From a virus, in IMG/VR virus record IMGVR_UViG_3300020452_000254, positions 11,635-75,634 of that record: a DNA stretch of 64,000 nt. One strand, written 5' to 3'. Made by a program: the position numbers and the translations under genes. The notes under the pieces were generated by a model, which had not been told where the DNA came from, made no database searches, and saw only the letters and a program-made list of their open reading frames with translations. Positions 55,981 through 64,000 of the stretch are shown here, one piece after another; within the stretch, counting starts at the first letter, position 1, and every line of letters starts with the position of its first letter.

Positions 55981-56561
55981 TTAACATCGTGTCCTGTAAT
56001 TAACATTGACTCATCTTGGTCAAAGTTATATGCTTTATATATATCAACTCCCATAACATTATCAGTTTTTCCTAGAACTTGAACTCTGTCACCTCTTTGA
56101 CCTATAACATCTTCTTCGTTCCAGACTGATAATCTCAGTTCGTATTCTTTACCTTTCTCTAAATTATTTAGGTTATCATGACCTTCTAATAAGTCAAGTA
56201 CCATGTCATTCTCTTTGAGATATGAATAGAAATGTCTTTCTAATGGTTCACCATCTATATTGAAGTGTTCTTTGAGGAGTGCTAACGATGCAGCGTAAGA
56301 TGCAAGTCTTGTTCTACCAAATGGTAGTAGTTCAAGAACTCTTTTTAAATTGAATACTAATCTATGAAGTAATGTGAATGAATTTTTTTCTTCTGATGAT
56401 TTTGCTTTTTTGGTTTTAATTCTTTTACCATTTGCATCTATGAGACCGAATTTATATGCATCCATCTCTTCCCACTTTCTGGTCATCATCTTTAGAATAC
56501 GAAATACTATGACTGTATCTACTACACCCATTGCACCTTCTTGTAATTTAACTTGTGTCAT
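55977..56561 (-). CDS. Conserved hypothetical protein
   Basis: D...FRILK...WEEMDAYKFGLIDANG and FTLLHRLVFNLKR..LASYAASLALLKE motifs. Start MTQV at 56561 (ATGA overlap). Confidence 0.75.
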   Translation of the reverse strand: MTQVKLQEGAMGVVDTVIVFRILKMMTRKWEEMDAYKFGLIDANGKRIKTKKAKSSEEKNSFTLLHRLVFNLKRVLELLPFGRTRLASYAASLALLKEHFNIDGEPLERHFYSYLKENDMVLDLLEGHDNLNNLEKGKEYELRLSVWNEEDVIGQRGDRVQVLGKTDNVMGVDIYKAYNFDQDESMLITGHDVK

Positions 56562-56926
56562 AGTTCTCTTAATACCTGTGCTACTTCCATATCTACTGGA
56601 ACAATAGTTTTCCAGTCCTCTTGGACATAATCCATATAAATTAAACAAGTTTTAAGTACAGGCCAGTACTCTAGGTCTATTTTGAATTCTAACATCTTAA
56701 CTGAATTTTCGAATCCAAATATGTTGAAAATGACTATGAGATGATTAAGAATTAATCGTTCTCTTAGTTCACCATTTTTGTAGTATCTTCTTAACAGTCT
56801 TTTTAAATATCTAAACCTTCTAAGGTCTTCTAAAAATTCTTCCATAGAAGTACACTGAGGGTTATCATAACACTGCATTGCAAACATGGTGAAGTTTTCG
56901 TCTGTCAACTTCTCAAATAATTTCAT
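56558..56926 (-). CDS. Conserved hypothetical protein
   Basis: FAM..YDNPQC...EF.EDL.RF.YLKRL..Y...GEL.ERLILNH, typical of T4-like marine phages. Confidence 0.8.
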   Translation of the reverse strand: MKLFEKLTDENFTMFAMQCYDNPQCTSMEEFLEDLRRFRYLKRLLRRYYKNGELRERLILNHLIVIFNIFGFENSVKMLEFKIDLEYWPVLKTCLIYMDYVQEDWKTIVPVDMEVAQVLREL

Positions 56927-56976
56927 AATTTATATCCTAGTTATTATACTAGTATATAGGTGCAATGTTAGAAAAG

Positions 56977-57405
56977 TTATTTAACCTGTGCAAAAACTTT
57001 AAACATGTTGTTTGGTTGTTTTTCCCATTCAACATTTAATTTTAAATCTGAACCTTTTGCATCAATAAAATTATCATTAATGTCATTACCTTCTAGGTCT
57101 TTACCTGTTCTTCCACCATATTGTGAAATAGGTATATCTTTTGAACCATTTTCTCCAACTTCATCTTCTGTAATTGAAGGTTCAAATTGAATACCAATTT
57201 GAGTTACTTTTCTATACAATTGTTGCATTGCAGCTTCAACAGTCATATGTTCTCTGTCTGCAATATCACCTATCCATGTATTTAATTTACCTAAAACTCG
57301 TGAATCCGATGAAAATCTATGCAAGTCATCAGTAGGAATACGACCCTTAACATCTGATGACATGTCATTGTATGATTCTTTTATATATTTTTTAAATGAT
57401 TTCAT
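56977..57405 (-). CDS. Hypothetical protein with a capsid-targeting-like leader
   Basis: MKSFKKYIKE leader and QYGGRTGKD motif. Confidence 0.7.
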   Translation of the reverse strand: MKSFKKYIKESYNDMSSDVKGRIPTDDLHRFSSDSRVLGKLNTWIGDIADREHMTVEAAMQQLYRKVTQIGIQFEPSITEDEVGENGSKDIPISQYGGRTGKDLEGNDINDNFIDAKGSDLKLNVEWEKQPNNMFKVFAQVK

Positions 57406-57410
57406 AGTTT

Positions 57411-57680
57411 TTACCATCCTACACTTACTGCAACACCCAATACTGCAGCGTTAGCTGCAAATACTTGGTCTGTTGGGTCTTTTTTTATTACCATTTCTTC
57501 ACCACCACTAATTGAAAAAGTTCCAATATCTGTCCCATCTGCTTGTTCTAGTGTTACTAGGTGTCTTGTTGTAGCTGCACCACTGTTTACTAGTCTAACA
57601 TAAATTGCACGACTAAAATTGGAAGCTGCACCTGTTGATGTTCCTAATGCAGCCTCTGTTCCTCTAATACTATATACCAT
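57411..57680 (-). CDS. Small structural-type hypothetical protein
   Basis: VRLVN...GTFSI...IKKDPTD motif. RBS GAGGA. Confidence 0.7.
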   Translation of the reverse strand: MVYSIRGTEAALGTSTGAASNFSRAIYVRLVNSGAATTRHLVTLEQADGTDIGTFSISGGEEMVIKKDPTDQVFAANAAVLGVAVSVGW

Positions 57681-57693
57681 GATTTATCCTCGA

Positions 57694-58254
57694 TTAAGCA
57701 ACAACTGTAATTGTACCAGCTGCAGTTCCTATTGAAGCTGCACTAGTAATAGTTGCATTACCACCTTCTGACTTATCAACAATTGTTCCACCATTAAGTG
57801 CTAGTGGGTTTGCACCAAAACTTAATACATCATCTGCATTAGTAGCTGCATTGGCAGCACCGATTGCAAGACTGAATGTAAGTTTGTTGGTTGATGAACC
57901 ACTTGCATATGAAAGAACATGTGGGCCTCTACCAGAACCTGAGCCTTGGTTTCCATTAGTCACTGATAATTGTGGTGTTCCACTTACTGTAACCTTTTCA
58001 TTAAAAAGTACTGTTGCACTTAAAGTACCACCAGCTGATTTATCAAATGCAGTAGTTACCCATGTAATATTAGTAATGTCTGCTTGACCTATAGAAGTTG
58101 CTAGTTCTCCAATTGCACAGAGAACTTCTTCTTGATGATTATCAGATTGTTTGAATACCCAACCTCTTGCATCTGCAAAGGTTAGTTTTTTTTGTGCAGC
58201 TGTTAACCATTTTGGTTTGGCTTCATCTGCATCTGAATTACCCCATAAAGACAT
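57694..58254 (-). CDS. Virion structural protein, Ig-like/decoration type
   Basis: MSLWG start and FNEKVTVSGTP...YASGSSTNKLTF...LNGGTI.D motif. Late promoter at 58311. Confidence 0.7.
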   Translation of the reverse strand: MSLWGNSDADEAKPKWLTAAQKKLTFADARGWVFKQSDNHQEEVLCAIGELATSIGQADITNITWVTTAFDKSAGGTLSATVLFNEKVTVSGTPQLSVTNGNQGSGSGRGPHVLSYASGSSTNKLTFSLAIGAANAATNADDVLSFGANPLALNGGTIVDKSEGGNATITSAASIGTAAGTITVVA

Positions 58255-58310
58255 AATTATCTCCTCGATTGTTAGTTCCCTGTTTGAGAAACTTTTTGTT
58301 TATACTATTG

Positions 58311-58318
58311 TATTTATA
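58311..58318 (-). promoter_or_regulatory. Late promoter TATAAATA
   Basis: Exact consensus upstream of the gene starting at 58254. Confidence 0.7.
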
Positions 58319-58330
58319 ACTTTTAAGATT

Positions 58331-59548
58331 TTAGTTTCCCCAATATGGAACTAAATTTGTTTCTTTTTTTAATTCTTCCACGAAATCCATATTAATTTCA
58401 TCTTCAAATACTAGAACAATTGCACCAGCATTACAAATAAATTCGTTTTCATTAGATGAATAATGCAATCCTGTAGGTACTTCAACATTGTATTTTTTAT
58501 GTAAATGAAATGGATAAGGTATTATTTGTGTTTGTGTTGGATGGGTTATAGTTTCCGATTGAAATACTAATTTAGGAAATTTACGACCCTCAAACCAATC
58601 TCCTATTTTATGTGGATTGTTTTGAAATGCATCTAGATACTCATTACCACCAAATGGAATAGGGAATGAATTATGAGTATATGGTCTTACATTGTTTTCT
58701 AAGAAGTATAATTCATCATCTTCTCCTAACATTTGAGTAATACTACCCTCATATGTACCACCAAGTTTTGCAGATTCATTTAAATAATCTACTACATTAT
58801 CTCTAACTCTTTTATCAAGTTCTGGTGTCATTTGTTCAATTGTAGTATTTCTAAACCATGCAAGTGGATTATTATATTCTATTCTTTTTGCTAATGACTC
58901 ATCACATGATTCTGAAAATGTAAACGCCCACTCACCTTTTGACATGATGTAAGATATATTTGTCTCTTGACCTTTTATCATTTCTTCAACATAGTATTCT
59001 ATTGGACTATTAGCATATTCTTTCTTTTTAGTTTCCCACATACCAGAGTCATGAACTATACATGATTGATGCCATACATTTTTAGGTTTAATTACAAATG
59101 GTTTTGGTAGTTCACTTGTATCTAAATCAAGATGATTATCACCTTGTGCAAGAATTTTAGGTGTTTTTATTCCACAACCTTCTGCAAAAGTTCTTGCAAA
59201 TAACTTTTTAGTTTCAAGATTTCTTGATTGTTCGTTTGTATTAATAGTTGGAAAATCTATTTTATCTAATAAATGACCTTGAGATGGTGCAGAACACCAA
59301 ATTAAATCTAACTTGAAATCTTCTATTGCTTTTTGTACTACTGGGAGTCCAACATCATAGTCAAATGAACCTATATCTCCATCATGAAGAGCAGTTCTCA
59401 TGTCTAAATCTACTGGTTTAATACCGAAATATTTTAAATACTCTGGGTTATCATAATATTGAGTAGTGTAAACATTGTTACCATCCTCAACTAATTTTTT
59501 CATTAATGGAAGGTTCTGATGTTGCATTTCCATAAACAGTATATTCAT
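58331..59548 (-). CDS. ATP-grasp ligase, PurD-like
   Basis: LETKKLFARTFA...GIKTP, FVIKP, VEEMIKGQE and YFLENNVRP align with PurD LE.SK.F.K, VIK, EE.L.G.E and E.N.R. The substrate-binding regions are divergent. Confidence 0.7.
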   Translation of the reverse strand: MNILFMEMQHQNLPLMKKLVEDGNNVYTTQYYDNPEYLKYFGIKPVDLDMRTALHDGDIGSFDYDVGLPVVQKAIEDFKLDLIWCSAPSQGHLLDKIDFPTINTNEQSRNLETKKLFARTFAEGCGIKTPKILAQGDNHLDLDTSELPKPFVIKPKNVWHQSCIVHDSGMWETKKKEYANSPIEYYVEEMIKGQETNISYIMSKGEWAFTFSESCDESLAKRIEYNNPLAWFRNTTIEQMTPELDKRVRDNVVDYLNESAKLGGTYEGSITQMLGEDDELYFLENNVRPYTHNSFPIPFGGNEYLDAFQNNPHKIGDWFEGRKFPKLVFQSETITHPTQTQIIPYPFHLHKKYNVEVPTGLHYSSNENEFICNAGAIVLVFEDEINMDFVEELKKETNLVPYWGN

Positions 59549-60261
59549 TTTTGGTATTTCCTAATTTCATTTACATCTTCAAAAAAATTTTGAGGATGTG
59601 TTTCTATTAACTTTTCAATTGTTTCTTTACTATATTTAGATGCAACTGAAAAGTTAAATGCAACTATAGTTTTTCTGTCATTACAAGGTGGTGACTTATG
59701 AAGATACCCAGATGGGAATATCAATAAGTCTCCTTCTTTTACTTCTGGTTGAAAGACATTTCCTTCAAAATCCATAAGTTCTGTTTCTTCACCTTCTGGT
59801 AAATCAATGTAGTATATACCTATCCATTGACACCCAAAATGATTGTGCCAGTTATCATAATCACCTTTATTCATTTGATGAAACCACATCACATCTACAA
59901 AGATTTGGTAGTTTAGTTCTGATTCTGGTCTTACTGCAACATCTCTTGCAAACTTTTCTAGTAAAGGTGCTACACCTTCCCAGAAAACTATCTTATATCT
60001 TTGGTCATTACTATCATCGAGGGATGGTGTTGTCCAGTTTATGTATCCTGTTGATTGTGTTGCATCATGCCATGATGCATAATCTCTTCTCATTTGAAAC
60101 TTAGGATAATTTACATTCCATGATTTATGATGATTATATCCATCATAATGACTTGATGCTTGTTTTTGAGATTGTTGACCTTTTGGGAATTTTGAAATCT
60201 CATGTCTAAGATTTTCATTCAAGTGATGTTTTAGTTTTGGTTGGTATGTCCAATAAATCAT
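59545..60261 (-). CDS. 2OG-Fe(II) oxygenase
   Basis: WF..MNKGDYDNWHNH...GIYY...EGDLLIFPSGYLH...RKTIVAFN. Confidence 0.85.
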   Translation of the reverse strand: MIYWTYQPKLKHHLNENLRHEISKFPKGQQSQKQASSHYDGYNHHKSWNVNYPKFQMRRDYASWHDATQSTGYINWTTPSLDDSNDQRYKIVFWEGVAPLLEKFARDVAVRPESELNYQIFVDVMWFHQMNKGDYDNWHNHFGCQWIGIYYIDLPEGEETELMDFEGNVFQPEVKEGDLLIFPSGYLHKSPPCNDRKTIVAFNFSVASKYSKETIEKLIETHPQNFFEDVNEIRKYQK

Positions 60262-60716
60262 AATATTATTTCAGATGCTTCTATGTCATTCATTATAAGA
60301 ACTGGTAATTTTCCATATTCTTTCCAAACTATTTTTATAAGTTCATCAATAAGTTCTTTTTTATCTTTATAAAAATCTTTTGGTTTTGTTTCTTTACCTT
60401 CAAAATGTAACCAAATCTCATCTCCACCTTCAATATCAAAATCAGTTTTGAGTTTTAGTCTACATAAGAACCCACAATTGATGGGTTTAAATTTTTCTTC
60501 TAGGTCTAGTAATATATAGTCACAATTAAATTCTTTACAAATTTTGGGTTTATCATTATGGATGGAACATCCTGTGGAACATACTTTATTGCAACTTTTA
60601 CCTAATGGATATATTATATCATATTTATGTCTTTCATTATACTTATCAAACATTGCAAATTCATGGGTAAAAGGTAATACCCTACAGCATAATGTACATT
60701 CTCCACAACTATTCAT
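60258..60716 (-). CDS. YkgJ/UPF0153 CxxCxxCC (FliB-like) metal-cluster protein
   Basis: CGECTLCC...C...GCSIHNDKPKICKEFNC. CATAAATA late-promoter variant at 60726-60733. Confidence 0.75.
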   Translation of the reverse strand: MNSCGECTLCCRVLPFTHEFAMFDKYNERHKYDIIYPLGKSCNKVCSTGCSIHNDKPKICKEFNCDYILLDLEEKFKPINCGFLCRLKLKTDFDIEGGDEIWLHFEGKETKPKDFYKDKKELIDELIKIVWKEYGKLPVLIMNDIEASEIIL

Positions 60717-60737
60717 AACAGATAGTATTTATGACAA

Positions 60738-61094
60738 TTAATTTGTGATTTTAATTTGAGGAGTTCCTTGTGGTTCTTCCTGTACTTTAACAGAAGCCTG
60801 CATATAATGATTACTATAATCTGATGTTTCTCTAATTAATTTATCCCATAGGTTAACAATTTCGTCTGCTTCATTTATAGATTTCATTTTATCTTCATCA
60901 AAACCATTTCTACCTTTATTTCTTGCAGATATTGGAAGTTCTTTTAGTCTTTTATCATATGGTGGATTCCACTCAAATAATTCATCGTATACTTTTTCAT
61001 CATTATTCCAATATGCTTGGACACGACAAACTATAGTAACTATATCTCCATTTGAGTCTTTAATGTATTGTTGATGTGATAATTGTATATTCAT
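60738..61094 (-). CDS. Hypothetical protein, possibly a fibre chaperone
   Basis: Start MNIQL at 61094, 4 nt after the fibre gene stop. Confidence 0.55.
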   Translation of the reverse strand: MNIQLSHQQYIKDSNGDIVTIVCRVQAYWNNDEKVYDELFEWNPPYDKRLKELPISARNKGRNGFDEDKMKSINEADEIVNLWDKLIRETSDYSNHYMQASVKVQEEPQGTPQIKITN

Positions 61095-61098
61095 TAGA

Positions 61099-62277
61099 TT
61101 AAGGCCCGATATTACATGTCCCAGAGTGATAATTTGTGAGTCCAACTTCAAAAACAAAGGTTGGACTTGTAAATGAATGTAATCCAGCATTCTGTAATGA
61201 TGTATTTGCATAGTTTGAACCATCAAGTGAGGATGCAACATCTTCAAGAATAAAATTCATTGCATATCTTTTCTTTGCAACACCAGTTTCACATTCAAAT
61301 AAATTTGAAAAAGTTAATCTTGCACCTCTGTCTACTCCATTACCCCCGCCAGGAGTATTACCTATCCAACTTGAGGCAGCAGTAGCACTATATGGCCCAT
61401 CACCATCACCAAAAGTATAAGTTGTAGAACCATTGTGTACAGAAGGTATCATATTATAGCCTGAGGCACCATTTGTCTCCCATGAATCATTAGACCATGT
61501 ACTAGACATATTATCCATTGAACTTACAGTATATTCTGCAAATGACCATCTAATAAAAGTAGGTGCATAGGTAAATGATGAATCAAAGTCTCCTTGATTA
61601 CCAGGCCAAGCCATTCTATAAATTTCTGTCCAAGTAGAAGTATTAACTGTAGAATTACTACCAGAATTAGGTGTATATGTACTAGAAGTACCATGTGGTT
61701 TTACAAACCAACTTAAATGATATGTTTGGATATTAGTTTGTACTTTTCCTCTTGTATAAGTTGGTCTAATCATCATATCAAAACCTGCTTGCATAAAGTT
61801 TAGACCACTTGAAAATCCACCACTTGTACCAGTCAAACCCAGTGTAAAAACATTTGACATTGAAGTACTGTATTGAACAAATGAAGTTGATGCTTGATTT
61901 GAACCACCCCTACCATATGTATAACCACCATTAGCATTATCAGATTGCAGATTTGCTTTACCATACACTGTTTCTGTTAATAAATCTGTTGGGTCTACTG
62001 CATTACTAGTTTTATAAAACTGACTCATGGATATTTGACCAGAAGTTGGAAGTCCTTGAGATATGTTAATATCTGAACCTGTAACTGGGCCACCAGAAAT
62101 ACTGGTAGAACCATCTCTATGCAAATCACTCATTGCAATTGAATCAGAACTATTTTTATTATAAAATTCTTTTGCTATGTTTGTACCAGCATGAGTTCCA
62201 TCTGTAGATTTAGTACCACTACCATTCATGGATATTGTTCCACTTTGAGTTATTCCAGATGACCTATCTAATGGCAT
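61099..62277 (-). CDS. Tail fibre / adhesin-like protein
   Basis: SGTISM...IAKEF...IAMSDLHR...PTSGQISMSQFY N-terminal module followed by a G/S/T/aromatic-rich body. Confidence 0.65.
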   Translation of the reverse strand: MPLDRSSGITQSGTISMNGSGTKSTDGTHAGTNIAKEFYNKNSSDSIAMSDLHRDGSTSISGGPVTGSDINISQGLPTSGQISMSQFYKTSNAVDPTDLLTETVYGKANLQSDNANGGYTYGRGGSNQASTSFVQYSTSMSNVFTLGLTGTSGGFSSGLNFMQAGFDMMIRPTYTRGKVQTNIQTYHLSWFVKPHGTSSTYTPNSGSNSTVNTSTWTEIYRMAWPGNQGDFDSSFTYAPTFIRWSFAEYTVSSMDNMSSTWSNDSWETNGASGYNMIPSVHNGSTTYTFGDGDGPYSATAASSWIGNTPGGGNGVDRGARLTFSNLFECETGVAKKRYAMNFILEDVASSLDGSNYANTSLQNAGLHSFTSPTFVFEVGLTNYHSGTCNIGP

Positions 62278-63488
62278 TATGTCATACTCCTTTTAATTGC
62301 ACTAAGAACTCTCATGTGAGATTGTTTATTCTTTCCTAATAGTGTAAGTAATTGTTTTTTCATTTGTGGTTTAACTTTATCAAATGCAACAACTATAAGT
62401 TTTGCATTCTTCTGGTCTAATTTTATAGTTTTACCATCATCTAATTTGATGTTAGAACCTGTTCTTAAATCAGCTGCACTTTTAATTTGAACAAAAAGAT
62501 TTTGGTCTGGGTCATTTGCACGAGGCCCCATTTTTTTAACTCTATCTCTCTGTTGGATAAAGTCTTTAACTTCTTGTTCTATGTCTTTGTCTGGAGACCA
62601 GTCTGTAAACTTTCCAGCACCAATTGCTTGTGCAAACTTTTTACTTGCAGTGGTTGAACCTCTTGCAAAATCTATTATTTTATTTATTGCATCTTTATAA
62701 TTTTTAGCCTTATTTGCAAAATCTCTTATCTTGTTATTTGCAGCTGGACTATTTGCACCAAAGTCATGAAATGCACGAGCTTCATTCATTAAATCATCGT
62801 CTGGATGTATAACATGTGCAAGGTCTTGGTCATGATTTAACTTACCTTTTTTCTTCTTAACTATAAATGCATTTACTCTTGCATGTCCCCATTGCTGTGG
62901 AGTAGTTCCTGGCCTATGTCCTGTTTTCCATGCAGCCATTCCTCTGTTGTAAACTTTTCTTAATGTTCCAACTGATATACCAGACTTCTTAGATTTATCT
63001 TCTAATGCACCCTCAGTGAAGTTTACAACTTCATCGTACATCTTTTTGTAATCTTTGGTGTATTTGGATTTCGGCATACCTTTTTCTCTTGCTTTTTTAT
63101 CGCCTGGTGCATCTTTAAATGACCCTTTACCATCATTCTTTTTAAAGTGTGCATCTCTTTTATCTTTAGTAGATTTTTTAAGACCTTTAAAATACTTTGC
63201 TGGTTGAGTTCCTTTTTTATCTTTAATATCTTTGTCTTGAGGTTCTCTTTCCTCGTCTCTTAATCTAGGTTCAGTTCTATTATACTTTTGAGTTACGATT
63301 GAAAGATTTTTCTTATCGTTGTTAAGTGGATTATTGTCCTTATGATGGACATCTTTACCTACAATACCTTTATTGTCTTTAAGAGACCTTCGTGCTTTAT
63401 TTCTACCTGCTCTTCTCTTTTTCTGTTCTGGACTAGAGTGGTAGTTATCGTATTCTTTCTTGTAGTTTCTTTCGATGAAAGTCTGCAT
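62277..63488 (-). CDS. Putative internal head polyprotein with HNH-like and other small modules
   Basis: MQTFIE leader; GKDVHHKDNNPLNN..NL...NR (HNH); KSGIS.GTL.KVYNRG.AAW...QQWG.ARVN module. Confidence 0.65.
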   Translation of the reverse strand: MQTFIERNYKKEYDNYHSSPEQKKRRAGRNKARRSLKDNKGIVGKDVHHKDNNPLNNDKKNLSIVTQKYNRTEPRLRDEEREPQDKDIKDKKGTQPAKYFKGLKKSTKDKRDAHFKKNDGKGSFKDAPGDKKAREKGMPKSKYTKDYKKMYDEVVNFTEGALEDKSKKSGISVGTLRKVYNRGMAAWKTGHRPGTTPQQWGHARVNAFIVKKKKGKLNHDQDLAHVIHPDDDLMNEARAFHDFGANSPAANNKIRDFANKAKNYKDAINKIIDFARGSTTASKKFAQAIGAGKFTDWSPDKDIEQEVKDFIQQRDRVKKMGPRANDPDQNLFVQIKSAADLRTGSNIKLDDGKTIKLDQKNAKLIVVAFDKVKPQMKKQLLTLLGKNKQSHMRVLSAIKRSMT

Positions 63489-63496
63489 GTTGACTC

Positions 63497-64000
63497 CTAG
63501 AAAGATTTATAGATATCATCGTGATTGGAGTAATATGCTTTTGATGTTCTCATAAGACTATCAGATATTTTTTTCCTTATGTCCATTAATCCTTGTGGCA
63601 TATGTCCTAATGCTTTATGAAGACCTATAATATGTTTTAGACCATCAATATGTGCTTTCATTCCAAGTTTTTTTGCAAGATGAAGTAAAGAACCATTATG
63701 GTCATTTCTATTAGTCATCTGTGCAATCTTTTTTACATCTGCAACTGGAAGTTCTTTGGTTGGTTTTTCAACAAGTTCTTCAATTTCTTCTTTGATTTCA
63801 TCAATATCTTCGTACCAATCAACAATAGTATCTGTACCTTCTTTGTAAAATATAGCTTTCTTTGTTACTGGGTCTAATCCCATGTATTTACCTTTTAGAG
63901 ATGGCATTTTAACACCGATATCTTTTAACAATGCAACCATCTTATGAAGTCTTTCCCAGTTTGCTGGAACATGTTTTTGTTTCCAGATTTGACCCATTAA
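63497..64000 (-). CDS. Hypothetical protein, probably another polyprotein; 5' end likely beyond the window
   Basis: The frame is open to the window edge (in-frame TTA before the ATG). Contains IEE/LVE sites. Confidence 0.6.
   Translation of the reverse strand, partial: LMGQIWKQKHVPANWERLHKMVALLKDIGVKMPSLKGKYMGLDPVTKKAIFYKEGTDTIVDWYEDIDEIKEEIEELVEKPTKELPVADVKKIAQMTNRNDHNGSLLHLAKKLGMKAHIDGLKHIIGLHKALGHMPQGLMDIRKKISDSLMRTSKAYYSNHDDIYKSF

Noticed and set aside
58331-59548. A true purD auxiliary gene
   Set aside because: The PurD substrate motifs GSGGREH and GPNTGGMG are missing, so it is called only an ATP-grasp ligase.
547-60741. Many short plus-strand ORFs in the track lying opposite long minus-strand genes (for example 4518-5108, 18525-19046, 51483-51860)
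   Set aside because: These are antisense shadows of biased codon usage, with no RBS or recognisable motifs.
61099-62277. Diversity-generating retroelement target in the fibre gene
   Set aside because: No reverse transcriptase and no template/variable repeat pair were seen in this window.

Overview
This is a 64-kb, AT-rich (roughly one third G+C by eye) segment of a T4-like myovirus genome of the marine cyanophage/pelagiphage type. IscU, PanD, ACP, cytochrome c and spanin genes point to a Gram-negative, probably gammaproteobacterial, host (inference). 1-30.4 kb is the tail fibre, baseplate and tail module: VrlC-like, gp8, gp7, gp6, gp25, gp5, hub, gp53, gp48, gp4, gp2, gp54-like, gp26/gp51 and a gp29-like tape measure. 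30.8-53.5 kb holds replication and nucleotide genes (gp32, gp59, gp33, exonuclease, DenV, RNase H, nrdA/nrdB/glutaredoxin, primase) mixed with auxiliary genes (bS21, Mom-like GNAT, IscU, cytochrome c, 2OG-Fe(II) oxygenases). 53.5-64 kb holds spanins, an acyl carrier protein, putative capsid-targeted internal polyproteins and a fibre-linked enzyme cassette. The most notable observations are: (1) an intact panD inserted in the baseplate operon, which with ACP, a late iscU-mom-like operon and an ATP-grasp/2OG/CxxCxxCC cassette suggests a phage-run CoA/iron-dependent modification system; (2) a canonical -1 slippery site joining gp26 to a gp51 ORF that lacks a good start; (3) three promoter-linked or strongly structured intergenic ncRNA candidates; (4) an iteron-like TAGGAGTCCCA cluster with strand-biased GAGTC enrichment near gene 5; (5) a TonB-box-like motif in the protein next to gp5; (6) context-dependent avoidance of palindromic sites; (7) two phage-specific sigma70 promoter classes. 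All calls come from motif recognition by eye; no database searches were run.
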